NCBI RefSeq assembly: GCF_006345805.1
Contig: NC_043021.1
Span: 23,374,001 to 23,438,000, forward strand
Direction: 5' to 3'
DNA length: 64,000 nucleotides
Origin: Octopus sinensis
Lineage: Eukaryota
Below the pieces are notes generated by a model. It saw only the letters and a program-made list of their open reading frames with translations, did no database searches and was not told the origin of the DNA. Of this stretch, positions 50,871 through 64,000 are shown piece after piece; position 1 is the stretch's first letter; each line of letters begins with the position of its first letter. Position numbers and translations under genes: made by a program.

Positions 50871-53800
50871 TTACAGGGTCATGCTCAAAATGGTTTCGTC
50901 ACTCGCACGCACCATCTTTGCAACATTCACCCATCTTTTTTTTAATCTTTCGCGAGACAGAACTTCCCTATCCATTCTCACCTTCCTTTTCAAGTGGTAC
51001 TTGAAAAAGTTGATGAACGATTGGCCAGAGAGGTAAGTGTTTGTCTCTAATCCCTTCGCTCGGGTCCACCACACACATTCTTTCACCATGGCCACCAGTA
51101 CGATGAAAACTGCCTTGCCTTCCCGGTTGAGGGAAGGGGGCGGAGCCAATATCACGATAGACTCGGCCGATAGGCGGATTCGTCCCACACGTGAGAGCAG
51201 CCGTTCGGCATAAGCCCACAGGTCGGAAATGGTTGGACATTGCACGAGTGCGTGCAGAACGGTTTCGTCGCTCTGACCGCATCTCGGGCAAGTCGGTCCA
51301 GTGTGTCTGGAACCGTGTCTGTAGAGCTTATCCCGAACAGGTAATGCTTCTCGATAGCACTGCCAGGCCAGGGATCTTTGGTGATTGTTCATAGGTCCCG
51401 GCCCGAAAGTTGTCCTGAACAGACGGGTCAGGTGTTCCTCGTCGACGCCCAGACTCTGCCCGAGTTCGTCGTCGCACCTCCCCTCCACTAATCCTCTATA
51501 GAATGCCTTTGTTGTGATGGAGTCGCACAAGTTCGATCCCGGACGGCAGAGTTGCTTGAGAGCAACGCGACACTCGCGGTGCCATTCGCCTAGCCTCGGT
51601 CTCTGCTTTATCCATGACTGTAGTTCGTCCAAGGAGACGAGCTGCGGGAAAGCGCGCCGCACAAAAGGCGACCACACCTGTTCACCGTTGTCTATGAAGC
51701 GCCGGAGATTTCTCAGTCTCAGCGCATGTCTGCGCATCATCAACCACGGCATGCCCAGCCCTCCATTTAGCGGGTGTTGACAGCAAATGGATCGCCTAAC
51801 CATCGGAACGTTTCCCTTCCACAAGAAGCGGAAGAGTATACGTTCCAGTTTGGTGATGGTAGGGTCGGGACAAGGCACGACGGTCAGACGATACTCGATG
51901 ACGGATGCGATGTACGCGTTCGCCACCTCCGCCCGACCTTTTAGGGATAGCTTTCTCTCAGTCCATTTCTGGGTGAGAGTAGCCACCCTAGTCGTTATCT
52001 CGCCCCAGTTCTTCTCCATTTGGAGGTCCGGATCGAACCAGACCCCGAGCAATTTAACCGGTCCGTCCATCCAGCGTCCCACGATGGAGACGCTGTTGGA
52101 CGGCATGGGCTTGCTTCTCCAGGTGCCGAGCCGCAAGCCCACTGACTTTTCCCGGTTAATTTTTGCTCCCGTTACCGCTTCGTATTCTTTTAGTGTCTCG
52201 CCGACCAGCTCGATGTGCTCGTAGCTCGACACTATGACGGTGACGTCATCCGCGTATGCAGACACGCTCCTCCTGCATCCCAGCTCTCGTGGGATGCCTC
52301 TCAGCGTCGCCAGTTTCCGTAGTAGTGGCTCAAGAGTCAGTACATACAGCAGCGAAGAGAGGGGGCATCCCTGACGAACCGAACGCATGATGTTAAAATG
52401 TCTGGATAGATGACCATTTACGCGAACTACTGAGCGGATGCCGCTGTATAAGGCAGCGGTCCAACCGCGGAAAACTGGACCGAAACCAGCCGCTTTAAGG
52501 ACAGCCTCCAAGTAGTGATGGTCTACCCTATCGAAGGCTTTTGATTGATCCAAATTGATCAGCGCCCCACCCATGCCAGGATTTTTAACTACCCTGTCTA
52601 TGATGTAGCGCATCAGATGGAGGTTGTCATGAATACTTCTACCCGGCACGGCGCATGTTTGCGCCTTGTCGATTAGCTTCTTGATGACAAGCGCCAACCT
52701 CTCGGCTAACACCTTGGCCAAAATTTTCAAATCTGCGTTGAACAGAGTGATGGGCCTGAAATTATCTATGACGTCCCCCTTGTTTGGGTCTTTCTTGATC
52801 AGTCCCACTGCTCCTCGCTTTACAAAAGCAGGAATACTCCCGTTCTGCTGCCAGTTGCAGTAGACAGCTGCCAAGACGCCTCCAAACAAGTCGGGCATAT
52901 GAAAGTAAAGTTCGTAGGGCAGACCATCCAAGCCTGGTGACTTGTCTCTCGTGCAGCCTACCATCGCATCCTGTACGTCCGCAGCTGTGATAGGCCTTTC
53001 ACAAAACTCGACCTCTCTTGCTGAGAGTCGTGGCAAGGCATGCAGGTAGGCACTAAAGTCCACTCTGCGTTCTGACTCACCACTTGTCCCAAACAGTTGG
53101 GTGAAGTGTTGTTGAAAAGCCCCACACATCCTTTTAGGCTCGAGCAATTCGCGCCCCTGTTCATCTATAAGAGACTTGATGGTGGCTCTGTTGCCTCGTT
53201 GCGTTTCCACCACTCGGGCCTCTTGGGCGGCTCCAACTCCTTCGTTCCTCAGAGCACGCATCCTATCTCTGACAACGCATCCCTCGTGTTTGGCGTTGAG
53301 GTGTTGGTCGAGGGCCAATCTCGCCGCCAGCACGTTGGACGCGATGCCAGTTCTAAGTGCCTCTTCTAAAACCTTAACTAATTCTCCCTCTATTCTATTT
53401 CGGTCTAATGCTAGGGCTCTACTGTATCTGACTGATTCTGCTTTAATTGTTTTTTTTAGGGCATACCACCATCTGTTGTTGATGATGGTACCCGTCAAAG
53501 CTCTCTTAACTAATGTGCTGATCCGGTCCCTGTAAACCTGTCGTGCTGTAAAAGACGCGTTCAGTTTCCAGTAACCAGGACCCTGCCTATGTGTCTTATC
53601 TAAGTCATGTGTACAAGTCACAAACTTGTGATCTGTGTAACTGACTATATGAAATTGTGGACAACCTACACTATTTTTATCTATTGTCCTACAGAATACT
53701 CTAAGTATGATCTGGACGACCCGATGCGGTTACTCCATGTCCACATTGGCACATTCGGGTGGTCCAGTCGGTACCTGTCAGACAGTTGGAAACGTCTGAG

Positions 53801-54280
53801 CAGGTCTTTGAGGCATTTGCATCCCCTTCTATTGCTATCTCTGCCCACGTAGTCTAGATGCGTGTCCAGGGTGGCATTCCAATCCCCCACTAAAAGTAAA
53901 GGACGAGACGTTCCCATGAAAGACTCTAGACGTCGAAAGAAATCTGGTCGGCCTGTTAAGGACGGTGCATAAACTGCTATCAGTCGAAAAGCACACCCAT
54001 TGCTGCCATCGATATCCAAAACGACCAGCCTACCCTCCGGGTCTAGGAAATTTGCTCTTACTTTGTGATCCAGACTGTTCCGGATAAGCACCGCGGTGCC
54101 ACCTCCGCCCATTCTCGGTAGACACGGAGAAAAATAAATGTTGAAATGTGTACCGAAAATGTGCTGGAGTGCCCGCAAGCTGTGGAGTCTGGTCTCACTG
54201 ATGGCTATGATATTCAGATTTAGTGATTTGATGTCATTTAACAGGTAGCCTTGTTTCCAAGTCGACCGATAAAAGTGCAA
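50871..54280 (-). pseudogene. E3 ORF2: APE endonuclease + reverse transcriptase + C-terminal zinc finger
   Basis: IIAISETRL, IAVYAP, LLVGDWNA; RT KAFDRVDH, QGCPLS, YADDV. Apparent 4-bp deletion near 53700 splits EN from the 916-aa RT ORF; the first EN motif (LGCVNARGL in E4) is missing. Confidence 0.88.
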
Positions 54281-56376
54281 AAAAGGAAAGAGAGAGAGAA
54301 AAGGTTACTTGCGAAAGTCCTTTGTCTTTCACCTCACGGTCTTCTTCTATGAGGCTTTTGTACAGTTTTTTCGATGAATACTTTTGAAATCTCCCTACTG
54401 CATCAGGGTAAAGAGATTTCAGGGTGCTGTATGTGTTCTGTGTTACGTGTATTATTTTAATGTGTTGTGGTGGTGTTGTGTGTGGGTGGTTACTTGTTTT
54501 TATGTTGTTTTCAGTTATGTTGGTGTTTAACCTAATGTGTTCCATTAGGTCGTGGTTGTTTGTGTTTATGGCTGTCAACATTGTTGGGGCGTTTGATGAT
54601 GGTGTGTCTGTGTTGATGTGTTTGTTTTCTGTGGATGTTTTTGTTTCGGGAGTGGTGTATCTTCCTGCTTTATATGTTATTATTTCTTTTCTTTTTTTTC
54701 CCCTTTTTCTTCTCCCCCCTGTGGCTATTTGCCAATCTTTCGTGTCTTCTTCGTCTAATGACAAATCAGACGAATCAGAGCCTGGAAGAGGGAAAATATT
54801 GGGGTCTATTGTCGACTGTGTTGATTTTGTTGTTGGTGTTGGTTGGTGAGCGTTTGGTTGTGGTGTATGCGGTTTTTGAGGTGGGGTGTGGGTATTTTGT
54901 GTTTGAGTGATTGTAGGTATTGTTGTGTTGTTTGGGGTCTCAATTTTGTGGGGATTTGGAGTTGTAATTGTTTCTTCCTTTTCTCCGAGTGTCTTTTTGG
55001 CAGATGTCCTTGGTTTGGGAGTTGGTTTATTCTTGGTTGTTGTTGTTGGTGATGTTGCTTCTGTTCTTGGTGCTGCAGTTGGTGTGGTTGTTTGGTTGGT
55101 GAGGTTTGTTCCTGCAAAACGTGGTGTTGGTAATAAACCTGGTTTATCTGGGGGTTTTTTCCGGCTGCTGTTGTTGTTGCTGTTGTTTTCTTGCGGCAGA
55201 TTTGCAGTCTTTTTTTAGGTGTTGCTCACTGCTGCATATGTAGCAACGTGGTCTTCTGCCATCGACAACCACATACAACTTGTGGTCGTCTGATACACAT
55301 ATCTGGGTGGGTATTTTTTTTATGTCATCTTGATGTATATGTAGAAGAAATTCTACTTTTTTTCCCACCCAGTTTTTATGCTCCGTGACGGTGGTTTCTA
55401 GAATAGTAAAATTTGTCATTTTTACACATAAGGCCTTTACAAGCCATAGATTATTAGCTATTTTGGGGACATTGTTTAAAGTGATCTTAGTCACTTTCTG
55501 TCCCCGATAGCTTGGTGTAAGTTGGAGTTCATCTGAGTGAAGAGTTAGCGTTGAGAAACGTCTAGCTAACTCTTCGGTGTGGAAAACCACCTGTATGTGG
55601 GCGAACTTGTTCCACCAGGTTACATAGTCTTTGTAGTTCCAGATGGGTTTCAAGCATTTTTCTATTTTGCTTGTGGTAGCCTTCTCTGGGCTTTTTGTTT
55701 TCTTATTAATTATTTTATAAATAATTGTTCTTTTTTTTTTCATCTTCCAATATTTCTTCTGGTATGTTTATCTTCACTATACCATCTAATTCTGTTATTG
55801 TAATGTTCGTGTCCTGTATTTGTTGAGCCGTAAAATATATTATTGTTTTTTTTCTTTAATCGCCTCAGCGAAATTTGTTGTTGTTTTGTTATTGTTGTTG
55901 CTGGTGGTGATGTTGTTGTTGGCTGCAGTTTGTAAAATTGGTGTGTTTGGTTCGATTGTGCAAGTAGGAAGGGGTGGAAAATTATTTTCATAATTTATCC
56001 CTGTATTCGGGCAGCTTTTGTCAATTTGTTTGGTGGTTACAGTCTTTTGTTTATTTACTTCAGTTTTTGTTGTTGGAGTAAAACAGGTCTGAACGGAGTT
56101 GTTGTTGTTGTTGTTTTTGTTGGTGGTGGTGTCAGTGGCAGAAGAGACAGCCGAGGCAGCAGATATCGAAATGGTGTCGCAATTGTTGTTATTCTTGTTG
56201 TCATTGTTGTGGTTGTTGGTAGTTGAGGTAGTGGATGACGTGGTGGTGGTGGTGGTGGTGGTTTGAGTATTATCCATTTTACTGTCAGCGCGTTTGTCGA
56301 TTGTATTTTGCAAACTGGGAAAGTTTTCTTCAGAAAACATAGCAGAATATTTTTCCACTATAAGATTTCTTGACAT
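54234..56376 (-). pseudogene. E3 ORF1 (gag-like, CCHC knuckle), frameshifted
   Basis: Starts MSRNLIVEKYSAMFSEENFPSL; T/N-rich linker; RPRCYICSSEQHLKKDC; frame breaks at homopolymer runs (~55850, ~55735, ~55150). Confidence 0.8.
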
Positions 56377-56711
56377 TATTATTTTTTGTTTCAAGAGAAA
56401 AAATAAAAATAGACAATGTGGAACGTAAATAATGGATACAAACGAGAAGAAAGAGAACAGCGTTCGTAATTTACTAGAAACGCTTCGCCGACATTATGTT
56501 AAAAAAACAAGTTATTGCAGCCAAAATTGTGAAATATATTTGAGGCTGAAAATGCCCCTAGCGGCATAATCCCCTCCGGAAAAACACACCCAGACGACAG
56601 CTGGGTGTCTTACACACTCCGTGTGCAAAATTTACAACGAAACTTTTCGAGAAACACAATAAAATAAGTAGTTAACTTACGAGTCGATCTGTCAACGAAT
56701 ACTATCAAAAG

Positions 56712-56785
<74 letters not shown>

Positions 56786-57087
56786 CTTTTTATTGTAGCC
56801 ACACAGGGCTAAACACAGAATAAAAATGGACGAAATACAATGTAGAATTTTTTCTTTTCGAGGTGGGATGGGTGGGGCCAAAAAAAAAAAAAAAAAAAAA
56901 ACGTTTGATCAATAGGGATCTGTGGGTTGTGTGGTGTATAAAAAAGCAATATATATATATATATATAAGGTTCACAGTTTAGGTGTAGTCTTGGAAAGAA
57001 AAACCTACAAAAAAGACCAAGGTCACCTTAGACAATTCGAAAAAGAACACATGAGTAAGTCGCCTTACTTCTCGTTGTCTCTTTTGG

Positions 57088-60000
57088 TTACAGATTTATG
57101 CTTAAATTAGTGTCGTCTTTCATACTGACCATTTTTGCCACTTTTACCCACTTTTTATTAAAACATTCGTTCGACAAAGCCTTCCTCTCTATTCTCATCC
57201 TCCTTTTCAAGTGGTACTTGAAAAAGTTGACGAGAGACTGACCAGAGAGGAAGGTGTTTCTTTGCAGTCCTTTCAAACGCGTCCACCACACACATTCTTT
57301 CGCCATAGCCATCAGCGTAACGAAAACCGTTTTCCCTTCCCGTTTAAAGGAAGGTGGTGGAACAATATCCACAATAGACTCGGCCGATAGGCGAGCCTGA
57401 CCTACACGTGACAACAGCTGTTCGACGAAGGACCACAGCTCTGAAATATCTGGACACTGCACGAGTGCGTGCAGAACGGTTTCGTCGCTCTGACCGCATC
57501 TCGGGCAGGTCGGTCCGGTGATGGTTTTCGAACCGTGTCTGTAGCTCTTCTCTCGAACAGGTAGTGCGTCTCGATAGCACTGCCAAGCCAGGGATTTCTG
57601 GAAGTTATCCATAGGCCCCGGCCCGAACGTCGTTCTGAACAGGCGGGTTAGGAATTCCTCGTCGACGCCCAGGTTTGCCCCGAGTGTGTCGTCGGACCTC
57701 CCCTCCACTAGTCCTCTATAGAACGCTTTAGTCGTTTGTAAGTTGCACAAGTTTGACCCCGGTCGGCAGAGCTGCTGTAGAGCTTAGCGACACTCTCGGT
57801 GCCAATCGCCCAGTTTCGGTCTCTTTTTGATCCACGTTTCCAGTTCGGTCAGTGAGACGAGCTGCGGGAAGTCGCGCCTCACAAACGGCGCCCACACCTG
57901 TTCACCGTCGTCGATGAATTTCCAGAGATGTCGCAGTCTCAGCGCATGCCTGCGCATCATCAACCACGGCATGCCCAGTCCTCCATTCAACGGATGTTGA
58001 CAGCAAATGGACTTCCTCACCATCGGAACGTCACCCTTCCACAGGAAGCAGAAGAGTATGCGTTCCAGTTTGGTGATGGTGGCGTCAGGACAAGGTACGA
58101 CGGTCAGGCGGTAATCGATGACGGATGCGATGTACGCGTTCGCCACCTCCACCCGGCCTTTTAGAGACAGCTTTCTCTCAGCCCATGTTTGGCTGGGAGC
58201 GACCACTCTACTCGTGATCTCGTCCCAGTTCTTATCCATTTGGAGGTCCGGACTGAACCAGACCCCGAGCAATTTAACCGGTCCGTCCGTCCAGCGTCCC
58301 ACTACTGAGCCGCAGTCGGACGGCATGGGCTTGCTTCTCCAGGTGCCGAGTAGCAAACCCACTGACTTTTCCGGGTTAATCTTTGCTCCCGTCACCGTTT
58401 CATATTTTCTTAGTGTCTCGCCTATCATCTTGATGTGTTTGTCGCTCGACACTATGACGGTGACATCGTCCGCATATGCCGACACGCTCGTCCCGCAACC
58501 CAGTTCCCGTGGGATGCCCCTCAGTGTCGCCAGCTTCCGCAGTAGCGGCTCGAGAGTCAATACATACAGAAGCGCCGACAGGGGACACCCCTGACGGACC
58601 GAACGCGTGATGTCAAACGGTTTCGACAGGTGACCGTTCACCCGAATCACCGATCGGATGCCGCTATACAAGGCAGCGATCCAACCGCGGAAGACGGGAC
58701 CGAAGCCAGCCGCCCTGAGGACGGCCGCCAAGTACCGATGGTCGACCCTATCGAAGGCTTTAGACTGATCCAAATTTATCAGCGCCCCACCCATCCCAGG
58801 ATCCTTAACTACCCTGTCCACAATGTAGCGCATCAGATGGAGGTTGTCATGTATGGTTCTGCCCGGCACGGCGCATGTTTACGCCCTGTCGACCAGTTTA
58901 CCAATGACAAGCGCCAACCTCTCGGCTATGACTTTGGCCAAAATTTTCAAATCTGCGTTGAGCAAAGTGATGGGCCTGAAATTATCTATAAAATTCCCCT
59001 TGTTTGAGTCTTTCTTCAGCAACGTCACTGCACCTCGGCTCACGAAATCGGGGATTCTCCCGTTTTGTTGCCAGTTGCAGTAGACTGATGCCAAGAGGTC
59101 GCCAAACAAGTCTGGCATTCGACAATACAGCTCGTAGGGTAAACCATCCAATCCAGGCGACTTATCCCTCGCGCAGCCCGCCATCGCATCCCACACGTCA
59201 GCGGCTGTGATGGGACTTTCACAACACTCCGCTTCTCTTGCCGAGAGCCGCGGCAGGTCGGTCAGGTAGGCACTGAAATCCATCCCGCGTTCCGACCCAC
59301 CACTCGCACCAAACAGTCGAGCAAAGTGCTGTTGAAAGGCCTCACACATCCTTTCGGGTTCGAGTAAACTGCATCCCTGTTGATCTATTAGAGACCGAAT
59401 GGTTGATCTGTTGCCACGCTGCGCCTCCGCTACCCGGGCCTCTCGCGCAGCTTCAATCCCTTCGTTCCTTAAGGCACGCATTTTAGCTCTGACGACGCAA
59501 CCTTCGTGCTTGGCGTTGAGGTGTTGGTCGAGGGCCATCCTCGCAGCCAGCACTTTGGTTGCGCTGCCAGTGGTAAGTGCCTCTTCTAGTTTCTTAACTA
59601 AGTCTCCCTCTACTCTATTTCGTTCTATCGTTAATTCCTTGCTAAACCTAATTGATTCCGATTTTATTGCCATTTTCAGGGCGTACCACCAGCGGTTGTT
59701 AACGACTGCTCCCGTCAGCGCCCTCTTAATTAACTCGCTAATCCGGTTCCTGTAAACCTGTCGCGCTAACAGCGACGTGTTCAGTTTCCAGTAACCGGGA
59801 CCCTGCCTATGTGTTTTATCTAAGTCGAGCGTACACGTAACAAATTTGTGATCTGTGTAGCTGACTATTTTAAATTGTGGACATCCTACACTATCCCTAT
59901 CCGCTGTCCTGCATAGAATTCTATCTAGATAAGATCTCGACGATCCGACGCGGTTTGTCCAAGTCCACGTTGGCACGTTCGGATGGTCGAGTCGGAACCT

Positions 60001-60528
60001 GTCAGACAAATGGAAACGTCTGAGCAGGTCTTTGAGGCTCTTACACCCCCTTCTATTCCTATCCCTTCCCACATAATCTAGATGCGTGTCCAAGGTAGCG
60101 TTCCAATCCCCTACTAACAGTAAAGGTCTAGACGTACCCAGGAAAACCTCTAGACGTCTGAAGAAATCCGCCCGACCCGTTAAGGACGGTGCATAAACTG
60201 CCATCAGACGGAATGCACACCCATTTCTGCCATCCACGTCCAAGACAACCAGCCTACCCTCCGGGTCTAGGAATATTGCTCTTACTTTTACCTTTAGACT
60301 GTTTCGAAAAAGCACCGCAGTACCTCCACCACCCATGTTCGGCAGACAGGGAGAAAAATAAATGTCAAATTGATTGCCAAACATGGACTCGAGGGCCCGC
60401 GGCTTACTGAGTCTGGTTTCACTGATAGCTACTATATCCACGTCCAGTGACTTGATGTCGTTTAGAAGGTAACCTTGCTTCCAAGCCGACGCCAAGCCAC
60501 GCGCATTCACACAACCTAATTTAAGCAT
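57088..60528 (-). pseudogene. E4 ORF2 (EN-RT-ZnF), one continuous frame with two in-frame TAA stops
   Basis: MLKLGCVNARGL..SETRL..GDWNA..SYLDR..TDHK EN motifs. The three ORF-track pieces are in the same frame, separated by TAA at 58879-58881 and 57784-57786. Confidence 0.9.
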
Positions 60529-60594
60529 ACTTGACACTTACGAAAATTGTATTTTACACACTATATTAGAAGAGACAAGAGGCAAGAAGTGAGG

Positions 60595-62456
60595 TCACTT
60601 ACTCATTTTAAAAGTTTCCTTTTTTTCTTCTTCTTTTGTATCGTTTTTGATGAGGTGTTTGTATAGTTTTTTCGACAGGTATCGTTGATACCCGCCTACC
60701 GCATTCGGAAATATTGTTTTCAGTATGTGGTGTTGTGCTTGTGTTATGTCTAAAATTCTGATGTGTTTCGGTGGTGTGGTGTGCGGATGATTGTTTGTCT
60801 TAAAGTCATCTTCACAGATGACCATATTAGATTTTATGTAGTCCATTAATTCTTTATTGTCTGTGTCTATTGCAGTTAGTTGTGTGTGTGGTTTTACGGG
60901 TTCATTACTTTTTTGATTGTCTAGGGGGATGTTGTCCTGAGTTAGATATCTCCCTGCTTTACTTCCTTGTTTGGTGGATTTTTTGGAACTTTTTCTTTTA
61001 CCCCCTGTGGCTATTTGCCATTCCGTCGAACTTTCGTCGTCCGACGTATCAGTATGGGGTAGAGGCAAAACATTTGCATTACTATGTATGCTTGTATAAA
61101 TTATTGATGTTTTGTGCGGTGTTTGTGTTGTTGTGGTGTTATGGGTAGCATTTGTCTTCTCGTCAGTGTTTTCTGTCTTTTTAATTGTCGTCCTGGGTGT
61201 TGGTGTGGGTCTATTTATTGGTTGTGACGTCAACGGTGATTGTGTTGGTACTGTTTTTCTTGGTGATGTTGTTGGGGTTTGTTTGCTGGTTTGTTGTTTT
61301 TCTTGGCATTGTTCCATAATTGAGTGTGTTGGTGTTGGTGTTGGCAACAAAGGGATTTTATTTGTTTTCTGATTTGTTCTTTCTTGTTTTTTCTGTACCA
61401 GATCGCACTTGGCAATCAAATGTTCGGGGCTGCCACATTTGTAGCATCTAGGCTTTTTGCCTTCTGCCATAACATATAGGCATTGCCCATTCTCCAAGTG
61501 TATCTTGTCGGGTAGGCTCTCGATAGAGGCCCCCTCAATCTGGATGGTCACTACTACTGTTTTTCCACCCCAATTGTCGTTTAGGTACACGGCTGTTTCT
61601 AAAATATTGATCTTTTTCAAATGGTAACAGATTGCCCCTGTTATCCATTTGTTCGGCATATCGGGGGGTACATTTCTGATAGTAATTCTACTCACTCTCT
61701 GGTTTTTATAATAAGGGACCATGATGATTTCATCATTTCCCAGAGACTCAGTAGAGTGAGCTTTTGCCACTTCCTGGTTAGGGAAACGGACCACTACTGT
61801 GTTAAACTGGGGACCCCAGTTTATATACTCTTTTTCTTTCATTATGTTTTTTAAACATTTTTCCACATCAGTTTTTGTAATCTGTTCATTTGGTTTTTTG
61901 TTTTTTCTAATAATTTTATATACAATTGTCTTATTTTCTATTTCTTGTTTTATATGTTGAGGTGTATGCAGTACTAAATCTTGTCCACGGGTTGTAAAGA
62001 GAGCTCTTGTTTCTATGAGCTCTTCATTTGTGAATGTTACTATTTCTTTCTTCTGGCGAAGAATGTCTGCGAAATTTACTGATGTTGTTCATTTTTTTGT
62101 ATTAACATCTTCACTATTAGATAGTTCATTTTTATTGTTGTTCTTGTTGTTGCTGTTTTTGTCAATAGTTTTCGTTTCAGTTTTATTTTTATCATTTATG
62201 TTGGTCGTGGTAGTGGTGGTGGTGGTGGTGGAGGTGGTGGTGGTAGCAGTTGTTGTCTCGTGGTTGCTGTTGTTAGGGGTGGTGGTGGCGGTGGTGACAG
62301 GGCTGTTAACGCACGTGGTTGCAGCGTTCATTTCACCGAATTTTACGTTTACATTTTCCGTGCGAACGTTCTTTTTTTTTCTATCGGTTCCAGACTAGGA
62401 AAATGTTGTTCCATAAAAGAACGCGACCAGCGCTCAACAATAAAATTTCTAGACAT
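60595..62456 (-). pseudogene. E4 ORF1 (gag-like, CCHC knuckle), frameshifted near the N-terminus
   Basis: Starts MSRNFIVERWSRSFMEQHFPSL (ATG 62454-62456); 423-aa segment contains KPRCYKCGSPEHLIAKC. Confidence 0.82.
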
Positions 62457-62656
62457 TTTCTAATGTCGAGAAGAAAATTACAGAAATGAAATGGGGTCGA
62501 AACTGCCCCTAGGGGCGAATTCCTCCCTTGGAAAAGCACTCAAACGAAAGTTGGTTGCCTGACACACCCTATTTGCAAAAATGTACAAAAAAATTGGGCT
62601 ATAAATAGTCAAAATACACAATTACCTTCGGAGCTGAACTGACATCACATCCGTCA

Positions 62657-63027
<371 letters not shown>

Positions 63028-64000
63028 ACTTTCTTTTATTAGCCACACAGGGCTGAATACAGAGGGGACAAATACAAATGCAGAGCTTTTCTTTTCGAGG
63101 GTGGAAAAAAAAGAAAATAAATGTAAGATTGCGATCAAAAGGGATCGAGAGGAGGAAAAGAAAGGAAAAAAAAAGAAAATCGTGTATCACAGAAATAATG
63201 ATATAAACATTGATATAACAAGATTGGGTTCATCCGTGGGAAGAAAAGCCTACAGAAAAGACCACGGGAACCCCAGTCAGGGAGGAAATAACCACATGAG
63301 ATCAAAAATGCTCTCTTTCTTTCTTTTTTACGATCTACAGGATCATGCTCAAAATGGTTTCGTTACTAGCACGCACCATCTTTGCAACATTCACCCATCT
63401 TTCTTTGAATCTTTCGCGAGACAAAACTTCCCTCTCCATTCTCACCTTCCTTTTCAAGTGGTACTTGAAAAAGTTGATGAGCGATTGGCCAGAGAGGTAA
63501 GTGTTTGTCTCTAATCCTTTCGCTCGAGTCCACCACACACATTCTTTCACCATGGCCACCAGTACGATGAAAACTGCCTTGCCTTCCCGGTTGAGGGACG
63601 GGGGCGGAGCAATTCATACGATAGACTCGGCCGATAGGCGGATTCGTCCCACACGTGAGAGCAGCCGTTCGGCATAAGCCCACAGGTCGGAAATGGTTGG
63701 ACATTGCACGAGTGCGTGCAGAACGGTTTCGTCGCTCTGACCGCATCTCGGGCGAGTCGGTCCAGTGTGTCTGGAACCGTGTCTGTAGAGCTTATCCCGA
63801 ACAGGTAATGCTTCTCGATAGCACTGCCAGGCCAGGGATCTTTGGTGATTGTTCATAGGTCCCGGCCCGAAAGTTGTCCTGAACAGGCGGGTCAGGTGTT
63901 CCTCGTCGACGCCCAGACTCTGCCCGAGTTCGTCGTCGCACCTCCCCTCCACTAATCCTCTATAGAATGCCTTTGTTGTGATGGAGTCGCACAAGTTCGA
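63028..64000 (-). mobile_element. Tx1-like LINE copy E5 (family 1), 3' part; runs off the window edge
   Basis: Very close match to the E2 3'UTR and ORF2 C-terminus. Confidence 0.93.

Larger units (their letters stand above)
50582..56710 (-). mobile_element. Tx1-like LINE copy E3, near full length (family 1)
   Basis: 5'UTR, ORF1, ORF2, 3'UTR in order; bounded by (GATA)n on both sides. Confidence 0.93.
56785..62655 (-). mobile_element. Tx1-like LINE copy E4, near full length (family 2)
   Basis: Distinct 3'UTR and ORF1 from E3; (GATA)n at 56711-56784 and 62657-63027. Confidence 0.93.

Overview
AT-rich, microsatellite-dense eukaryotic genomic DNA. The SINE and simple-repeat landscape resembles an octopus or other coleoid cephalopod (inference). 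One host gene is readable on the minus strand at the left: a signal-peptide + LRRNT exon (7211-7401) followed by two 72-bp phase-2/phase-2 LRR exons (3567-3638, 1674-1745). These sit in ~1.85-kb tandem units bounded by (GAA)n tracts. The two LRR exons are identical over 59 nt but differ at 9 of the 12 nt covering the xLxx beta-strand codons, which suggests an LRR-cassette diversification locus. The rest is mostly transposon-derived. Five Tx1-like (L1-clade) LINEs are inserted in (TATC)n microsatellites; four are stacked head-to-tail from 49.5 to 64 kb and belong to at least two families. Also present: Dong/R4-type RLE LINEs and a ~560-bp non-autonomous element in (TAA)n tracts, Penelope remnants with hammerhead-ribozyme motifs, a hAT remnant split by a solo LTR with a 4-bp TSD, a non-autonomous Helitron, mariner/Tc1 relics, tRNA-derived SINEs, several long palindromes, and a 138-bp stop-free tandem repeat running into a 100-N gap. 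All coordinates and alignments were read by eye; family names come from motif recall, not database searches.
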